A stretch of 64,000 nucleotides of DNA, from assembly GCA_900088475.1 (NCBI GenBank), contig FLMG01004571.1, positions 67,032 to 131,031 of the forward strand. Reading direction: 5' to 3'. Below, piece after piece: positions 1 through 12,102 of the stretch. Both the position numbers and the translations under genes were made by a program. Origin of the DNA: Hyphochytrium catenoides. Taxonomy: Eukaryota; Protista; Hyphochytriomycota. Numbering within the stretch: the stretch's first letter is position 1; each line of letters begins with the position of its first letter. The notes below the pieces were generated by a model, which did no database searches, was not told where the DNA came from, and was given only the letters and a program-made list of their open reading frames with translations.

Positions 1-240
1 GGAGACAGAGAGACAGAGAGACAGAGAGAGACAGAGAGAGACAGAGAGAGAGGGGGAGACAGAGAGACAGAGAGAGAGAGAGAGACAGAGAGAGACAGAG
101 AAAGAGAAAGAGAGTACGACAGCAAGGGTTGGGGAAAGAGAAAGAACGGAAAAGAGAAGAAGGAAGAGAAAGAGAGAGAGAGAGAGAGAAAAGAGAAGAG
201 GTGACAAAGAGAAAGAAAGACAGGGAAACTGAGATGAGGG
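1..240. repeat. (GA)n/(GAGACA)n purine microsatellite
   Basis: Visible tandem gagaca/gaga units. Confidence 0.95.
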
Positions 241-2985
241 AAGAGGTAGATTGTTAATTATTGCTATCTACCGCCGTATCTACCAGTACATAACTTCCCT
301 TCCCCAACACCACAACAACCATAGTATTGTTTCTCCGAGAAATATATTGCAAGCTTGTGTACAACTTATCACACGCTGGTATTTACCGAGAAGGTCCCAC
401 TTGTCAATGAGCAACAAGGTCGTTCCTCCTCATCTCTTCTTCTTTTGCTGCTCCATCATCGTCTTCTACCCTTTTCCTCCCTGATCATCATCACTCAGCC
501 ACTATTGCCTGCACCAGCCAGGGGGACACTAACAGGAAGGTATTCCTCCTCTTACTACTGCTAGCGGTAGTAGGCAGAGGGAAAGGAAGGGCATCCTCTC
601 ATGGGTGGGGCGAGGGAATGACTGGGCAGTTGAAAGAAGACAGACCGACCTGCTTGTGCCTCTCTAGGGAGTGGTGCTTGTTTCTTTCTTGGGTGGAGGA
701 AGGAGAGGAGGAAAAGGGACGAGAAGGCGGCAGCAACCTTCAACCATCAGAGAAGAGGTGCATCTTTCACTCCCGAAGAAGCCCTCGTTTCTTCTTCGGT
801 CGTTCATGTCGTGATTAGATAAAAGGTGTATCTTCTTCGTTCTTCCCTTAGATCATTCAACCACTCAGTCATGTAACAATAAGAGGGCTGTGCTTGCTCT
901 CTTTGTGATGGGCCAGCGAGATCATGGCCAAGTAATAAACTTCTTGCTGATAGAAGGAAGAGGAGGTAGTACAGGTCATTCTCATAAGAATGCGATACGC
1001 AGCAGAGTAGAATAACACGGCTGCTACGACAGCGTGGAAGAGCAGCAGCAGCGTCTCCTACAGCGTTATATTATACAACCTCAGGTCCTTTAGGGCGGCC
1101 TATATGGAAGGGAGTCGATAACTCGATGTGAGCGTTCGGAAGACGCCTCCAGAAGAAAGCCAAGCAACACTTCGCCTATGCATTTTTATTATCTGTCACT
1201 TAGTTGTTGCATCTCGCTTCACCTGTGGATGGGCGGTGATGGAGGAGGGAGCACCGCCGAGAGGGCTTCCTTCGTCCGTCTTAGTAGCGCCAGTAATTGA
1301 AGGACGTCAGAAAATAAGGTAGCTATATCATCACCCCTACCATGCACCACCGCCACCACGAGAGCACGGTTCTTGCTATCGAGGAGGATGAGGGACCTAC
1401 TACAGCCAGGAGGTAATGGACGGAAAGATCACTGATAATTGACCAGAGAAAGTAATTCCTCCTTCTTTTGATCTTCTCTCTCACACTATTATGCTCCTCC
1501 TTCCACCTATTCCTTGCTGCATGTTTAGTCTCCTCGGTTAGTTAGCCACTCTTTTCTTATGTCTCTTTTTCGTTAGCTGATGATCCGCAGACATGGAGAA
1601 GGAAGAATGAGGAGGAGGCCACGACGCGGTCGCCAGCAGCGCGCCACCACCTCTCGTGCCGCAGCATCCTCTATTATATATACTCCGGAGTATTCTCCTT
1701 AACGGAAGCTTGTAGTACTTCTTGGGGTGGGAAATCCTAAAAATAATAGAAAGAGAAGAGAGAAGAACAATTGCCACTTTATCTTCCTCCTGTGTACCTG
1801 CCAAAGCTGGTCGCCTATCTGTCCTACCGCCTCACACTACTTCTTCCTGGATAACGAAGGTCAACTCTGCACCCATCGTCACTTTTTGGGGAGGAGACCT
1901 CCTACTGCATGAAGTAGTAGCGGTGGCAGTCTCTTCATTTAGAAATGCGGCCTAAGTCATGATTAAGGTCCCATCATGTACCCGACAGAAAGAGTTAAAC
2001 GTCAATGAATGCAAGAGAGCTGGGGAAGATCGAATGATTTGACTCAGCCTTAATAAGGTCTCCTCAACACAATCTTCTGGGAGAGGAGGGTGCCCGTCAG
2101 AACATCAACTAACCTTTACCTCGCAGGGACATCAAGCATCGCCCCCACCTCTTGCTGCTGCCTTCCAATTAGCAGGGAACAAAGAAAGACATCCAAATCG
2201 GCAGCAAAAAGGAGGAGGAGGTGGAGGAGGAAAGGAAGAAGACGACGACAAAGGAGACGACGGCAGCGAACAAAAGCCGGATGGATAATAAAGCAGTGGG
2301 GGAAAGAGCAGCAAGAGGAAGAAGAGAGACGACGAAATATCCAGCGATGATGGCAAGAGGAGGGCGAGTGAGGAAAAAGGAGGCACATAAGGCACTGTGG
2401 GAGGCTGTATGCAACCCTCCCGGCATCCAACGGCGGCGGCGGCGGAGCCTCAGCGGCAGGAGAAAGAAAGAAGCTGAAGAAGCGAGCGAGGGTGTTCGCC
2501 ATCCAGTCCCCGCCGCCGCTTCATCAGCAGCGGGAAGAGCAAAGGTATTGATCGCACTTTTTGGTGAGGAAAGATGAAGGGCTTTTTTTGACAAGGGATT
2601 CAATTATCTGTAATAAGAGACAGTTGCTATTGGAATATAACGTGTCTGTAGTATGCTTATTCTTAACGCTTAAGAACCGTTTTGACATTTTTAAGCCTTT
2701 GTTAATTGTGTGAATTTAAACCTTCGTCTCTCCTACCAACCTGTCCAAAGAGAATATTGTCTCGTGTTTATTAACTTTGTCAATATTGAGGCAGGGACAT
2801 TTTGCAATATTCCCCTCACAGAAATTGGGGGACTTTTTTTTTACGGTAGCTTTCAGAAGGAAGGAAATTTATTGTATAAAGACACAGCTTTCTCTGTTGG
2901 CGAATATTTCCGACAGGTTGAAGCTTTCGTGCCCAAACGTCTAAGAATAAGCCCCTCTCCCTTCCTCTTCCCCATCAACACCCTC

Positions 2986-3105
2986 TTCTCTCTCTCCTCT
3001 CTGTCTCTCTCTCTCTCTGTTCGCTCTCTCTCTCTCTTTCTCTCTCTCTCTTCTCTCTCCCTCACTCTCTCCCTCACTTTCCTTTCTCTCCTACTCTCTC
3101 TGTCT

Positions 3106-3146
<41 letters not shown>

Positions 3147-3180
3147 CCATTTCCTCTTCCTCTCTATTCCCTTTCTCTCG
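2986..3180. repeat. (CT)n microsatellite
   Basis: Visible ctctct tracts, which generate the spurious L/S-rich and R/E-rich ORFs here. Confidence 0.9.
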
Positions 3181-3681
3181 GTTCTGATAGGGAAGTTCCG
3201 TTTCCCATCAAGAGCCAGAGAGTTGCTCTCTCCAAGATTGTTGATGTGTCCTCTCTCTCCCATCATCCTGGTCGCCTCCTTACCTCCTCCTCCTTTCCCT
3301 TCTCCCTCCCAGTGAGTCAAGTGCTGAGCTCTTCCCTCTCTCTCTCCTCTCTCCTTCTTCCCTTCGTCGCTTGCTCTCGCTGTCGGCAAGTGGAGAGAGA
3401 GAGTCAAGAGAAGTGAGGAAGAGCCCATCCTTCTTCCCACAAGCCGAGACATGGGATGGAGGAGAACAAAGAGCAGGAGAGAAATCTCGTCCTTCTTCTT
3501 CCACCTGCTTGCCTGTTATTTTCTTTAGAGCCAATGGAAACAGATGCGAAAGATAGTGCCCGGCGAGAAGAAGAGAGAGAGAGAGAGAGAGAGAGAGATT
3601 GGACCAATGCTTCCGCCTATCCTTTACCTCATTAGCCTCCATGACTTGCACCTCAGCGCCAAGCTCGTGCTGTCGCCGAAC

Positions 3682-5661
3682 ATGATCTTCTTGAAGGAGA
3701 GGTCGATCTGATGCGCCAGAAGGCAGTTTTCTATCTAAGCGATAAGCATTCTATCTCTCCTCATCAGGAGAGTGATATCTCTTTTGTCTCTTTCTTGGGT
3801 GCTTTCTCTCTCGCGTTCGCTCTCTGTGCAACTAAACAAAAGGAGAAATGTGTCAGCATCCTGTCTCTGATCGCAGACGAGCAGATCCAACTGGTATCGA
3901 GCAGTTAAGAGGGAAGACACTTCTGTTAGTCATCTGTGGCGGAAAGACACGAGAAGACATCCTCTCCCTCTTTAAAAGGCTAGGGTTGCGGCTACTCTGC
4001 CTCGACGTGGAGAAGAAAGAGTGGGCATGCAAGTACATTTCAGAGTGGATCATAGGCCCTGCTCAAGATAAAGAACAGGCTTTAGAGACCTTGAGAGAGC
4101 ACTTTGGTCTCGGAGAACACGGAAACCTCGTACCAGAGAACACCGATGACAAAGTCCCGCTTTCTCCCACCTCTCATCTCTCGCCCTCTCTTACCGCTGC
4201 CCTCTCCTCGCCCCGTCGTCCTCCCTTTGACGCTGTATACTCCTACGATGAGTTCGGAGTGGAGACTGCAAGTTGGATAGCAGAGAGCCTTGGGCTACAC
4301 TGCATTCCCCATGACATTGTAAGCGTAGTGAGGGACAAGTACTCCTTCCGCGCGCTCTGTCAAAGCCATGGCATCCGGGTTCCTAGGCACTTCAGAGGAA
4401 GACTTGACCAGCAGGATGGAGAAGAGCTAGCAAGTGGGAGAGAAGGAGCGAGAAAGGCCCTGGAGGAGCGATTGCGAGCGACGTTAAGGGAGAAAGAGAT
4501 GACCTTTCCTCTAGTCTTCAAGCCTACTAAGGGAGGAGGAAGTAGGCTCGTAAGGAAATGCTGGACGCTCTCTGAGCTCTGCGAGACAGTCCGTGAGTTC
4601 TATATGGAGGCCAAGACTCAGATGATGAAGGATTTCCACCTGACAGAAGAGGACTGCGACCAGTGGATGGTTGAGGAGTTTATACCTGGTAACGAGGTAG
4701 ATGTGGACTGCATTGTGCAGGTAAGATCTGGGTCTTGCCTCTCCTAACCTTTCCAAGGTACTTTTATTGCTTTGGCGTGCAGCTCCTCCTCTCCGTTTGA
4801 ATCTTACGGAGTAGACCTGTGAATTTGGTCTCATTTCATGCAATCTCTCTCTTCCCACTCTGCCTCTCTTCACCTTCACCCTTTCCGTGCCTCTAGCCCT
4901 AGCGGCTCGTGGCCTGCGTACCTATCCTTTGAACCTGTGTGCTTAAGCCTCACTTCTAACTCTTTCCCTCGTCTCTCTCTTCTTTGCTCGTCTTTTCGAT
5001 TCCCGGCCTTCGGTTCCCAACCTCACATCTTTCGCAGGAAGGACAGCTTCTCTTCTTATCGATCAGCGACAATAAGGGACACAATGACAAAGAGATCTTC
5101 TTCATGGAGAAAGGAGGGTCCTGCCCTTCAGTGCTCCCTTCTGAGTCTCAAGATGCCCTCCGGACCTTGACATCAGACGTTCTTCGCATGTTTGGGAACA
5201 GATTTAGCGGAGTGATTCACTTTGAAGCCAAAGTGGCACATAGAGAAGCGTTTCCAATAGAGTTGAACCTCAGGATAGGCGGAGCAGAGACCTACACGAT
5301 GGTGAAGACCGCATGGGATGTAGATTTAGCTGAAGCAGCAGTCATGTTGGCGTTTGGCCTGCCTCTTCCACCCACGAAGTATCCGTCAGATGCCAAAAGG
5401 CACGCAGCTAGCATCAATTACGTGCCCGACTGGAAAGGGAAGGGCCGCTTGGGACCAATCTTGGTGGATAGCGCGCTATATCGCGATCCCAGCTTTGTGA
5501 AGCAAGTCTTTTACTTCGGCCAAGGAGATGTTTTGCGGTGTCCTCCCGCAAATTTTGATTATCTGGGGTGGTGCGTGGCAAAAGGACCGTCCCCTGATAT
5601 TGCGGAAGAGAACTTAGGAAGGTTGACCAGACTTGTAAGCTTCAGTTTGTCTCCCTTATAA
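3682..5661 (+). CDS. ATP-grasp ligase, carnosine synthase / L-amino-acid ligase-like (start uncertain)
   Basis: Exons 3877-4720 and 5038-5661 join in frame across a GT-AG intron. Motifs: YSYDEFGV, RDKYSFR, FPLVFKPTKGGGS, MVEEFIPGNEVDVD, HFEAK, IELNLRIGG. The 5' exon is unresolved; MIFLKER at 3682 is phase-compatible. Confidence 0.85.
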
Positions 5662-6319
5662 GCTAGCGTCCCAGAAAAATCGAAGAAGGATTGGAGAGAC
5701 CAAAGGCTTTGCCGTTCCTATTCATCTCTTTGGAAAGCATTCTTTTAGTAGTGGAACGCCACACCGTTTGTATCTATGTACATAGCCCTGCTTGCCCTCT
5801 TGTACACTAAGGAAAAATCAAGCAGTACTCAGACTGTTCACGAAGAGATACCATTTGCGTCTGTTCCGCGATAAAGCTATCCGAGTCTGAGAGGGAGATA
5901 ATGAGCAAAAAGATTCACGCTCTATGAATTAGATAGGTATATCAGTGGTCCTTAGGAGATCAGGAGCCGGGACTTTAGCTGTGGCATACTGGCCACACAT
6001 TGGCAGTAAATTAGCTGTCTCGCCCTCAGAAGAGCAGACACACAGCTTTTCTAAAAAGCAAACAGCAGGAAAGGAAAGGACAGAAGAGAGAAAAAAGGAA
6101 GTTTGATTGGCAGATAAGAGAGATTATTGCCTCTGCACTACACGCCAGTCGTCCGTTGAGGGGAACAATAGCCCCGCGATGGTGGGAAGAAGAGCGAATG
6201 AAGGAATAAGCGCAGTCCTCCTCCAAAGGTGAACGATGGTTAAGAGAGGATGTTAATGACCCAGGGAGAGGAATCCGTGTGTCAAATTATGAAGGAAGAA
6301 TAGCCAAGGACCAATGAGA

Positions 6320-9300
6320 CTACGAGGAGGTCCAAGGATAGCTGGATGAGGGCTCGTGACGAACGCCGTCAGCGCCGCAAGGAGCCACCGTCAGACTAAG
6401 GGGACAGACGGATGTGCCCTCCAATCTGAGTGGAAAGGGAAGAATGATACATGTTAGTCCCGCTCCTAAGCCTCTTGACGCCAATCATGCGGATGTTAAA
6501 CTCTTTCCTGGTCCTTTCTTGTCGCTACCGTAGCACCATCTTGTGGACTCGCAGCTCTCCACCCGCCTGAGATGGCATCGCCTCAACTTGCCCACCGTCA
6601 CGCTCCTTACCTGCTCCATTGCTCCCAAAGTCGCTCTACCTTGGCTCTAACTGTCTCGTTCAGAACGATGGCGAAGATGGCATCTACCCCGCCCGCTGTG
6701 GATTAGGGGTTAGGGAGCAGTATGGCTTGCTTGTAGAACAGGTTCAAGAATATTCTTGTTCCTGAACCTTCTACCCGTCTACCCTTGCTTGTCTCTCTTC
6801 AAATGCTATGGCTGCCTCTTTGGTCGTTCATTACTCGTGGCTCTATGAAGTCTCTCTGGATCTTCATCGTTTTTGCGGTTTGAACCAAATTTTGACTGAT
6901 GGCTGTTTGTGCGTCCCTCTCCCCTACTAGTTTCATGATCCACATCTGTCCTTATTCTTGCGGACTCACCTCCAGGAACCCCTGCGGCCAGAACCCCTGG
7001 AATGGCCATCGTCCGGTCGGCAAGAAGGGTTTGTGAGTCTGGCTCCACGTCAACACCCGCAGCCTCGCCCATAGCCCTAAGAGTCCATCAAGCTGAGAGA
7101 AGGATAGGGCAGCAACATCACACAACATAGACAAAGCCCAGGTAGGACGAAAGAAAAAGCAAGGATGCCAAAACCCAAGCAGAAGTAGAGCGCTTGGATT
7201 GGTAGGCCAGAGTCCTAACTTTCTGGGCGATTAAGGCGAGACAGAGTCAAAAGAAGCCACTCCTGAGGACAGCTTAGAAAAGCGCAAGGACAGCCCCCAA
7301 AGAAGAAACCTGTGTCCAGATCGTAGACGCACTTTAGCTGGCTTCTGATCTGAAGAAATGCCTTTCGTACGGAATAGAGGACAGCACCTGTGAATGCCTT
7401 TTCACCTTTAACCCACTAGTGGATAGTTAAGGAGTTAGTGCATCAGCAATTCAAGCGACACGGAAGAACAATGCAAGGATACAGATAGTTGCCAGCGGAC
7501 TAATCGTTAAAGAGAATGGGACATTTCCAAAGGAGAAGTAGGTGAGGCTCGTTCTGCCGGACCTTTGTCATTCCAACGGAGATTAGACGTTAATGGTAGA
7601 TAAGAAGTCAAGGTTGTGAGAGAAGACAACGATATCGGAACCAGTCCGGTGCTAACCTCTTGTGGCTCTAGCGTTGCACAGCGCTCAAGGGTTTCGGTGT
7701 ATTCTTGGGGCATGGTCTCTGAAAGGGAGACAAGGCGCTCAAAGAGGCAGCATACGGCCGAGTTGGATACTCCTAAACTTCGCCACTTTTCGGTGGCAAA
7801 AGGACCAGAAGACTTCCATGCCAAGATCTTCCTCACCATCGCCGGAGTTCCTGCTCAGGTGCGTTCCAGAGTTGGCCATTGAACCCACCGTGATAGGTAA
7901 ACCGACAGGCCGAGGAACCAATAGAGGCAGAAGGGCCTTAAGGTAAGGCGGAGCAAGAAAGAGTAGCTGCTGGAGGAAATAGTAAAAAAGGTATTTTGGA
8001 GACCCTCACTCTTACGCGGGAGAGAGACACTGGGGTCCTACTAACCTGAGCCTCCTTGAACGTCTCCCATTAGAAGGTGCAGTCCTGGTGGAAGAGAGAA
8101 CTTTGCCTTGAATGATCAAAAAGACACAATGAAGGAGAGCAAACGAAACCAGAGACAGTGAGCAAGTGATCAGCAGGATGCAGGATGTGGAAGAAGATTC
8201 CTTGCACGCCACAATCATTCTCACCCTTTCTCCTTGCCACTCCCGTTTGGTGTCCAGGACAGCCTCGTGAAGAGCAGCAGGGGAGAGAGAGGCGATGGAG
8301 AGCAATTTTTCAATGGCCTGAGGGCGAAACCTTCGATATCTTTGACTGCCGTAGACAGCCGCTGAAACGTCGAAGCCACTGCCAACCTGAAGCAACAACG
8401 AAAGGGCACAGGGTCAAGCAGTCTGAAACACGGGGCAGGAGAAAACGGAAGAGACAGAGGAAGGAATAGACGGAAAGAGTGAAGAGAAAGAGAGAGAAGA
8501 GAGGAAAACGCAGAGGAGAGATTGTGAAGAGCCAGAGAGGGGAAAGGGAAAGAGAAAATAGGGATAGAGAAGTGCCCGACTGAAGGACTATGGGGAGAGA
8601 CGAAGATAGCTGATCCCTTAGCCTCAAAGAGATTAGGAGGAGAATGATTGGAGAGAACGAGACACAATGGTTACTAGAAGGCGATCAATATGAAGGACGA
8701 AATAAGAGGCTTCACAACCTTCCCCTGCGCCGCGCCGTGACTAATCTGTGCAAGGTTGTGCACAATGTCCAGAGCTTGACTTCTCTCTGAAGAGTTAGAC
8801 AATGCACATTGGTCAACTTCTACGTCCATCTTCGGATATCTTCACACTTGTTCGTACCTTCGTCTGAAGAGGGAGAGAGCTGGACGGCGCCAAAGAATGA
8901 AAGGACGGCGGCTACAAGCGATGTAATAAGGGCAGCGCTGCTTCCCATCCCTGTCTTATTGATCTGAACGATGCCATTGGAGTCTGAGAGCCCAGAAATG
9001 TGGTGCCACATCAGAAGGTAGGGGTCGACAGAAAACTTATGAGTTAGAAGTGGTATCTGAGAACGTCTGCTTGATAGTGAGATAGAGTGAATGTCAGGGA
9101 GAACAGGGATTGGCAAGGTATAAGGAAGACAGCGGTCCGGGAGTGAAGTGAAAGGTGCGTACCTCTAACGCATGGATTGAATCTTGGCAGTTCTTTGAGC
9201 CCTTGTGAGTTGAGGGGCAATCCTTTTTCCTCCAACTAAAAGGCATCGGAGGAGACAGAGTCACGCGTCAGCGAGCGAAAAAGGTGGGCGGAAGGGCTCA

Positions 9301-10854
9301 TGACCAGCTCCGTATGTGGAAGAGAAGAGAAGAAGTGCCTTAAATGAACGAAGTGGAGCAGATGGCGTCAACCTGCCTCAGAATGAGGAGTATAGAGATA
9401 AATCGTATGAGAAGTAGGAGAGAAGAGGCTTGCTGACCGCTCTTCTTTGGGAGTAGAAGTCGTTATCGGCACGAAGGATGATGTCCAACTGCTTCCCCTT
9501 ATTTTGAAGAGAGAGAAGATGTTCGCAGAATTCTTCTGGCCCCATAAACACCGAAAGAAAGGTGAAGCAGTACAGGAGAGTCATCTCGACATAGGTGTTT
9601 TCTTCCTGGCCTCTCCTAGGAGTTTCGACGAGAGGGAGGTAATGGACGAAAAAGTGACGAGAGAAAGAGAGAGAGAAAGAGATGGCGAGAGAAAGAGTGT
9701 GTGTGAGAGAGTGAGAGATACGACAGCAGACGGGCAAGAGAAGGGTAGTTCAGCTTAACGACGAACACTCTCTCTCTCCTGTCTCAAAAACAACTTCCCC
9801 CCTCTCAAGCTCTAACCCCGAACCTTGGCTCGAGTCTGAATAGTGAGTGCTCCCCTCTGCATAAATGATAGGTCCACTGCTGGTGAAACTGAGGACTGAC
9901 GACTCGCACTGGGAGGGCTAACGTAGCTTCCATACTTTCTGCGGCGTCCTCTAGCTAAAGAGGAAAGAAGAGAAAGAGAGAGACTCTCTCAGAGTGGGAA
10001 CAATGTAGAGAGGAGCATGAAGAGGTAGAAGGGACACACCTGGAGCGGAAGAGAAGGAGGAAGCTTGTGACGAAACGAAAAGAAAATGAGGCAGTGCAAA
10101 GAAGACACATAGAGAAAAGAGAGAGATGGGCTCGCTCTCGGCTTTCTTCCCCTTATTTCCCAGCCGCTTTTCTTTGGCTGACCTGTGTAAGGGCGATAGT
10201 GGTATAAAAGCGGGCGGAGGCAGCGAGGACGAGCCCTTCATGCTCAGGTTCCAGAATAAGATAGCCACCAACCAAGAGAACTTTACCGGGAGCACTTAAT
10301 GTCCTACGGGCAGAGAGAGAGAGCCACCCAGAGAGCGAAAGAAGAGGTGAGGCGAGAGGGTAGAGTGCGGAAGAGGGGAGAGAAAGAGAGAGTCACAAGC
10401 TTGCCAGCCTTAGACAACTGACTGAGAGAAGCAGGCCGCAGGAAGAGGGCCAATGGAGAGGGGAGGCGGAACTGACGTGACGACGGGTAGCGTCTGACAA
10501 TGGACGACGGACAGATTGATCAGAAGGCAAGTTGCCCTACTTGACAGACAGAGTGAGAAGAAGATAGACTCTTAGATAGAAGAGTGCCAGAGAGACAGAG
10601 AGCGACTGTGGGAGAGTAGGTGTTAGCCCTAGGGCAGGGTATGCCGTCAACTATGTGCTTGCTTACATCGCCTTATGAGTCCCCCCTAACGGTCTGTCCA
10701 GCGCTGGCAGTCTCTCGCTTACCCTGTCTTCCTTCCTCTCTCTCCTTTCCCGAGCATTCTTTGCCCGACCGCGCTGGGAGAGAGAATAAGCAGCCACAAG
10801 AATGCTCATGGCCACCAACGCCGCGGCGGTTGAAAGTCCTATATCTCTCCGCAT
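6320..10854 (-). CDS. ERG8: Phosphomevalonate kinase, ERG8/plant GHMP type, multi-exon
   Basis: Spliced exons give SAPGKVLLVGGYLIL, SPQFHQQW, ADNDFYSQ, KTGMGSSAALITSLV, AQGKVGSGFDVSAAVYGS, TPAMVRKILAW and DVEPDSQT..PGVLAAGVPG. Putative last exon ends ...YPWTSS* at 6320. Confidence 0.93.
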
Positions 10855-11119
10855 CGTAATGCGGGAGAGCGAGACAGGTAGAAGAATATCTTCTCCAGAG
10901 AAGAGGGGAGAGAGGGAGGGGTGAGAGGGGAGAGAGAGAGAGAATACAAAGAGAGGCTGTCGGTTGACCATGAGATCAATGATGAGCCTTTGAGCCAGCG
11001 CAGAGAAAATCAAGGACTATATATGCGGTGCGTTGAGCGAGGGGTGTGGGAGCAGAGTCCAGAGACCAGAGTCATAGAAGAGATCCAAATCGAGATCAAG
11101 AGATCGAGAAATTGCGCGC

Positions 11120-11600
11120 ACGCGAGAGAGAGAGAGACAGAGAGAGAAAGAGAGAGAGAGACAGAAAGCCAGATAGAAAGAAGAGAGAGAGAGAAAAAAA
11201 GAGAGAGAGAGAAAGAAAGAGAGAAGGAGAGAGAGAGAGAGAAAGAGAGATTGTTTCGTGTCAGAGCAGCAGAGAGGGAAGGAGGAGGAACCAGTTCTGA
11301 GTGATGACTACCTAGCCGGAATCTCAGGCGTTAGCGGCTCTTAAGAATGTCTATGAAGAGATCTTTTTTCTTTTTCTTGCAATCAGATCGGAAAGGACGC
11401 AACGCAGGCCATCATCAAGCGCCTGCACTGGTTGTTCTGAGTTCTGAGGCAGACACTGAGAGAGAAACTCAGAGGGAGAGAGAGAGAGAGACTGTGAGAG
11501 AGAGAGAAACTCTGTGAGAGAGGCAGAAAGAGAGAGAGACTCTGAGAAAGAGAGAGAGTGAGAGAAGACAGAGAGAGAGAGAAAAGGAAAGGAGATGGGG
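11120..11600. repeat. (GA)n-rich microsatellite tracts
   Basis: Visible gaga tracts in intergenic DNA. Confidence 0.85.
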
Positions 11601-11827
11601 CGTAGGTCTGGAAGAGCGGGAAGGTCGACACTCAAGAGACAGAAACGCACAAACCAGGTGAGTGAGGTTCCAAGAGACAGGAAGAGCTGAGGTTGGCGCG
11701 AGAGAGGTGAGAGTAGCAAAGGGGAAGACAAACTGAGGCAAAGGATAGGGAAAGCGATAGAGGTCCTGAGCACGTTGGCATGAGAAGGTTGAGAATCTTA
11801 TCCCGCGATCGAACCTTGATAGTAGGC

Positions 11828-11860
<33 letters not shown>

Positions 11861-11895
11861 TAAAGAGCGAAAGAGGGTGAGAGAGGAGAGAGAGG

Positions 11896-11970
11896 NNNNN
11901 NNNNNNNNNNNNNNNNNNNNNNNNNNNNNNNNNNNNNNNNNNNNNNNNNNNNNNNNNNNNNNNNNNNNNN
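11896..11970. other. Assembly gap (75 N) within a GA microsatellite
   Basis: N run. Confidence 0.99.
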
Positions 11971-12102
11971 AGAGAGAGAGAGAGAGAGAGAAGACCAAGA
12001 GGCTTGAGACACGATGTTAAAAATCAAACTCTTGGCAATGACAGCCACACCGACACAAGCGCATTATTTATAATAGGAGTCCTTTCCTTCCTGTCTGTCT
12101 CC

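Noticed and set aside
251-3600. Many ORFs rich in R/E/K or L/S/P (e.g. 2221-2577, 2710-3315, 2853-3452)
   Set aside because: They are translations of GA/CT-skewed low-complexity DNA, with no domain or consistent splice model.
6700-6716. TTAGGGGTTAGGG telomere-like motif
   Set aside because: Only two imperfect units inside the PMK gene span; expected by chance.
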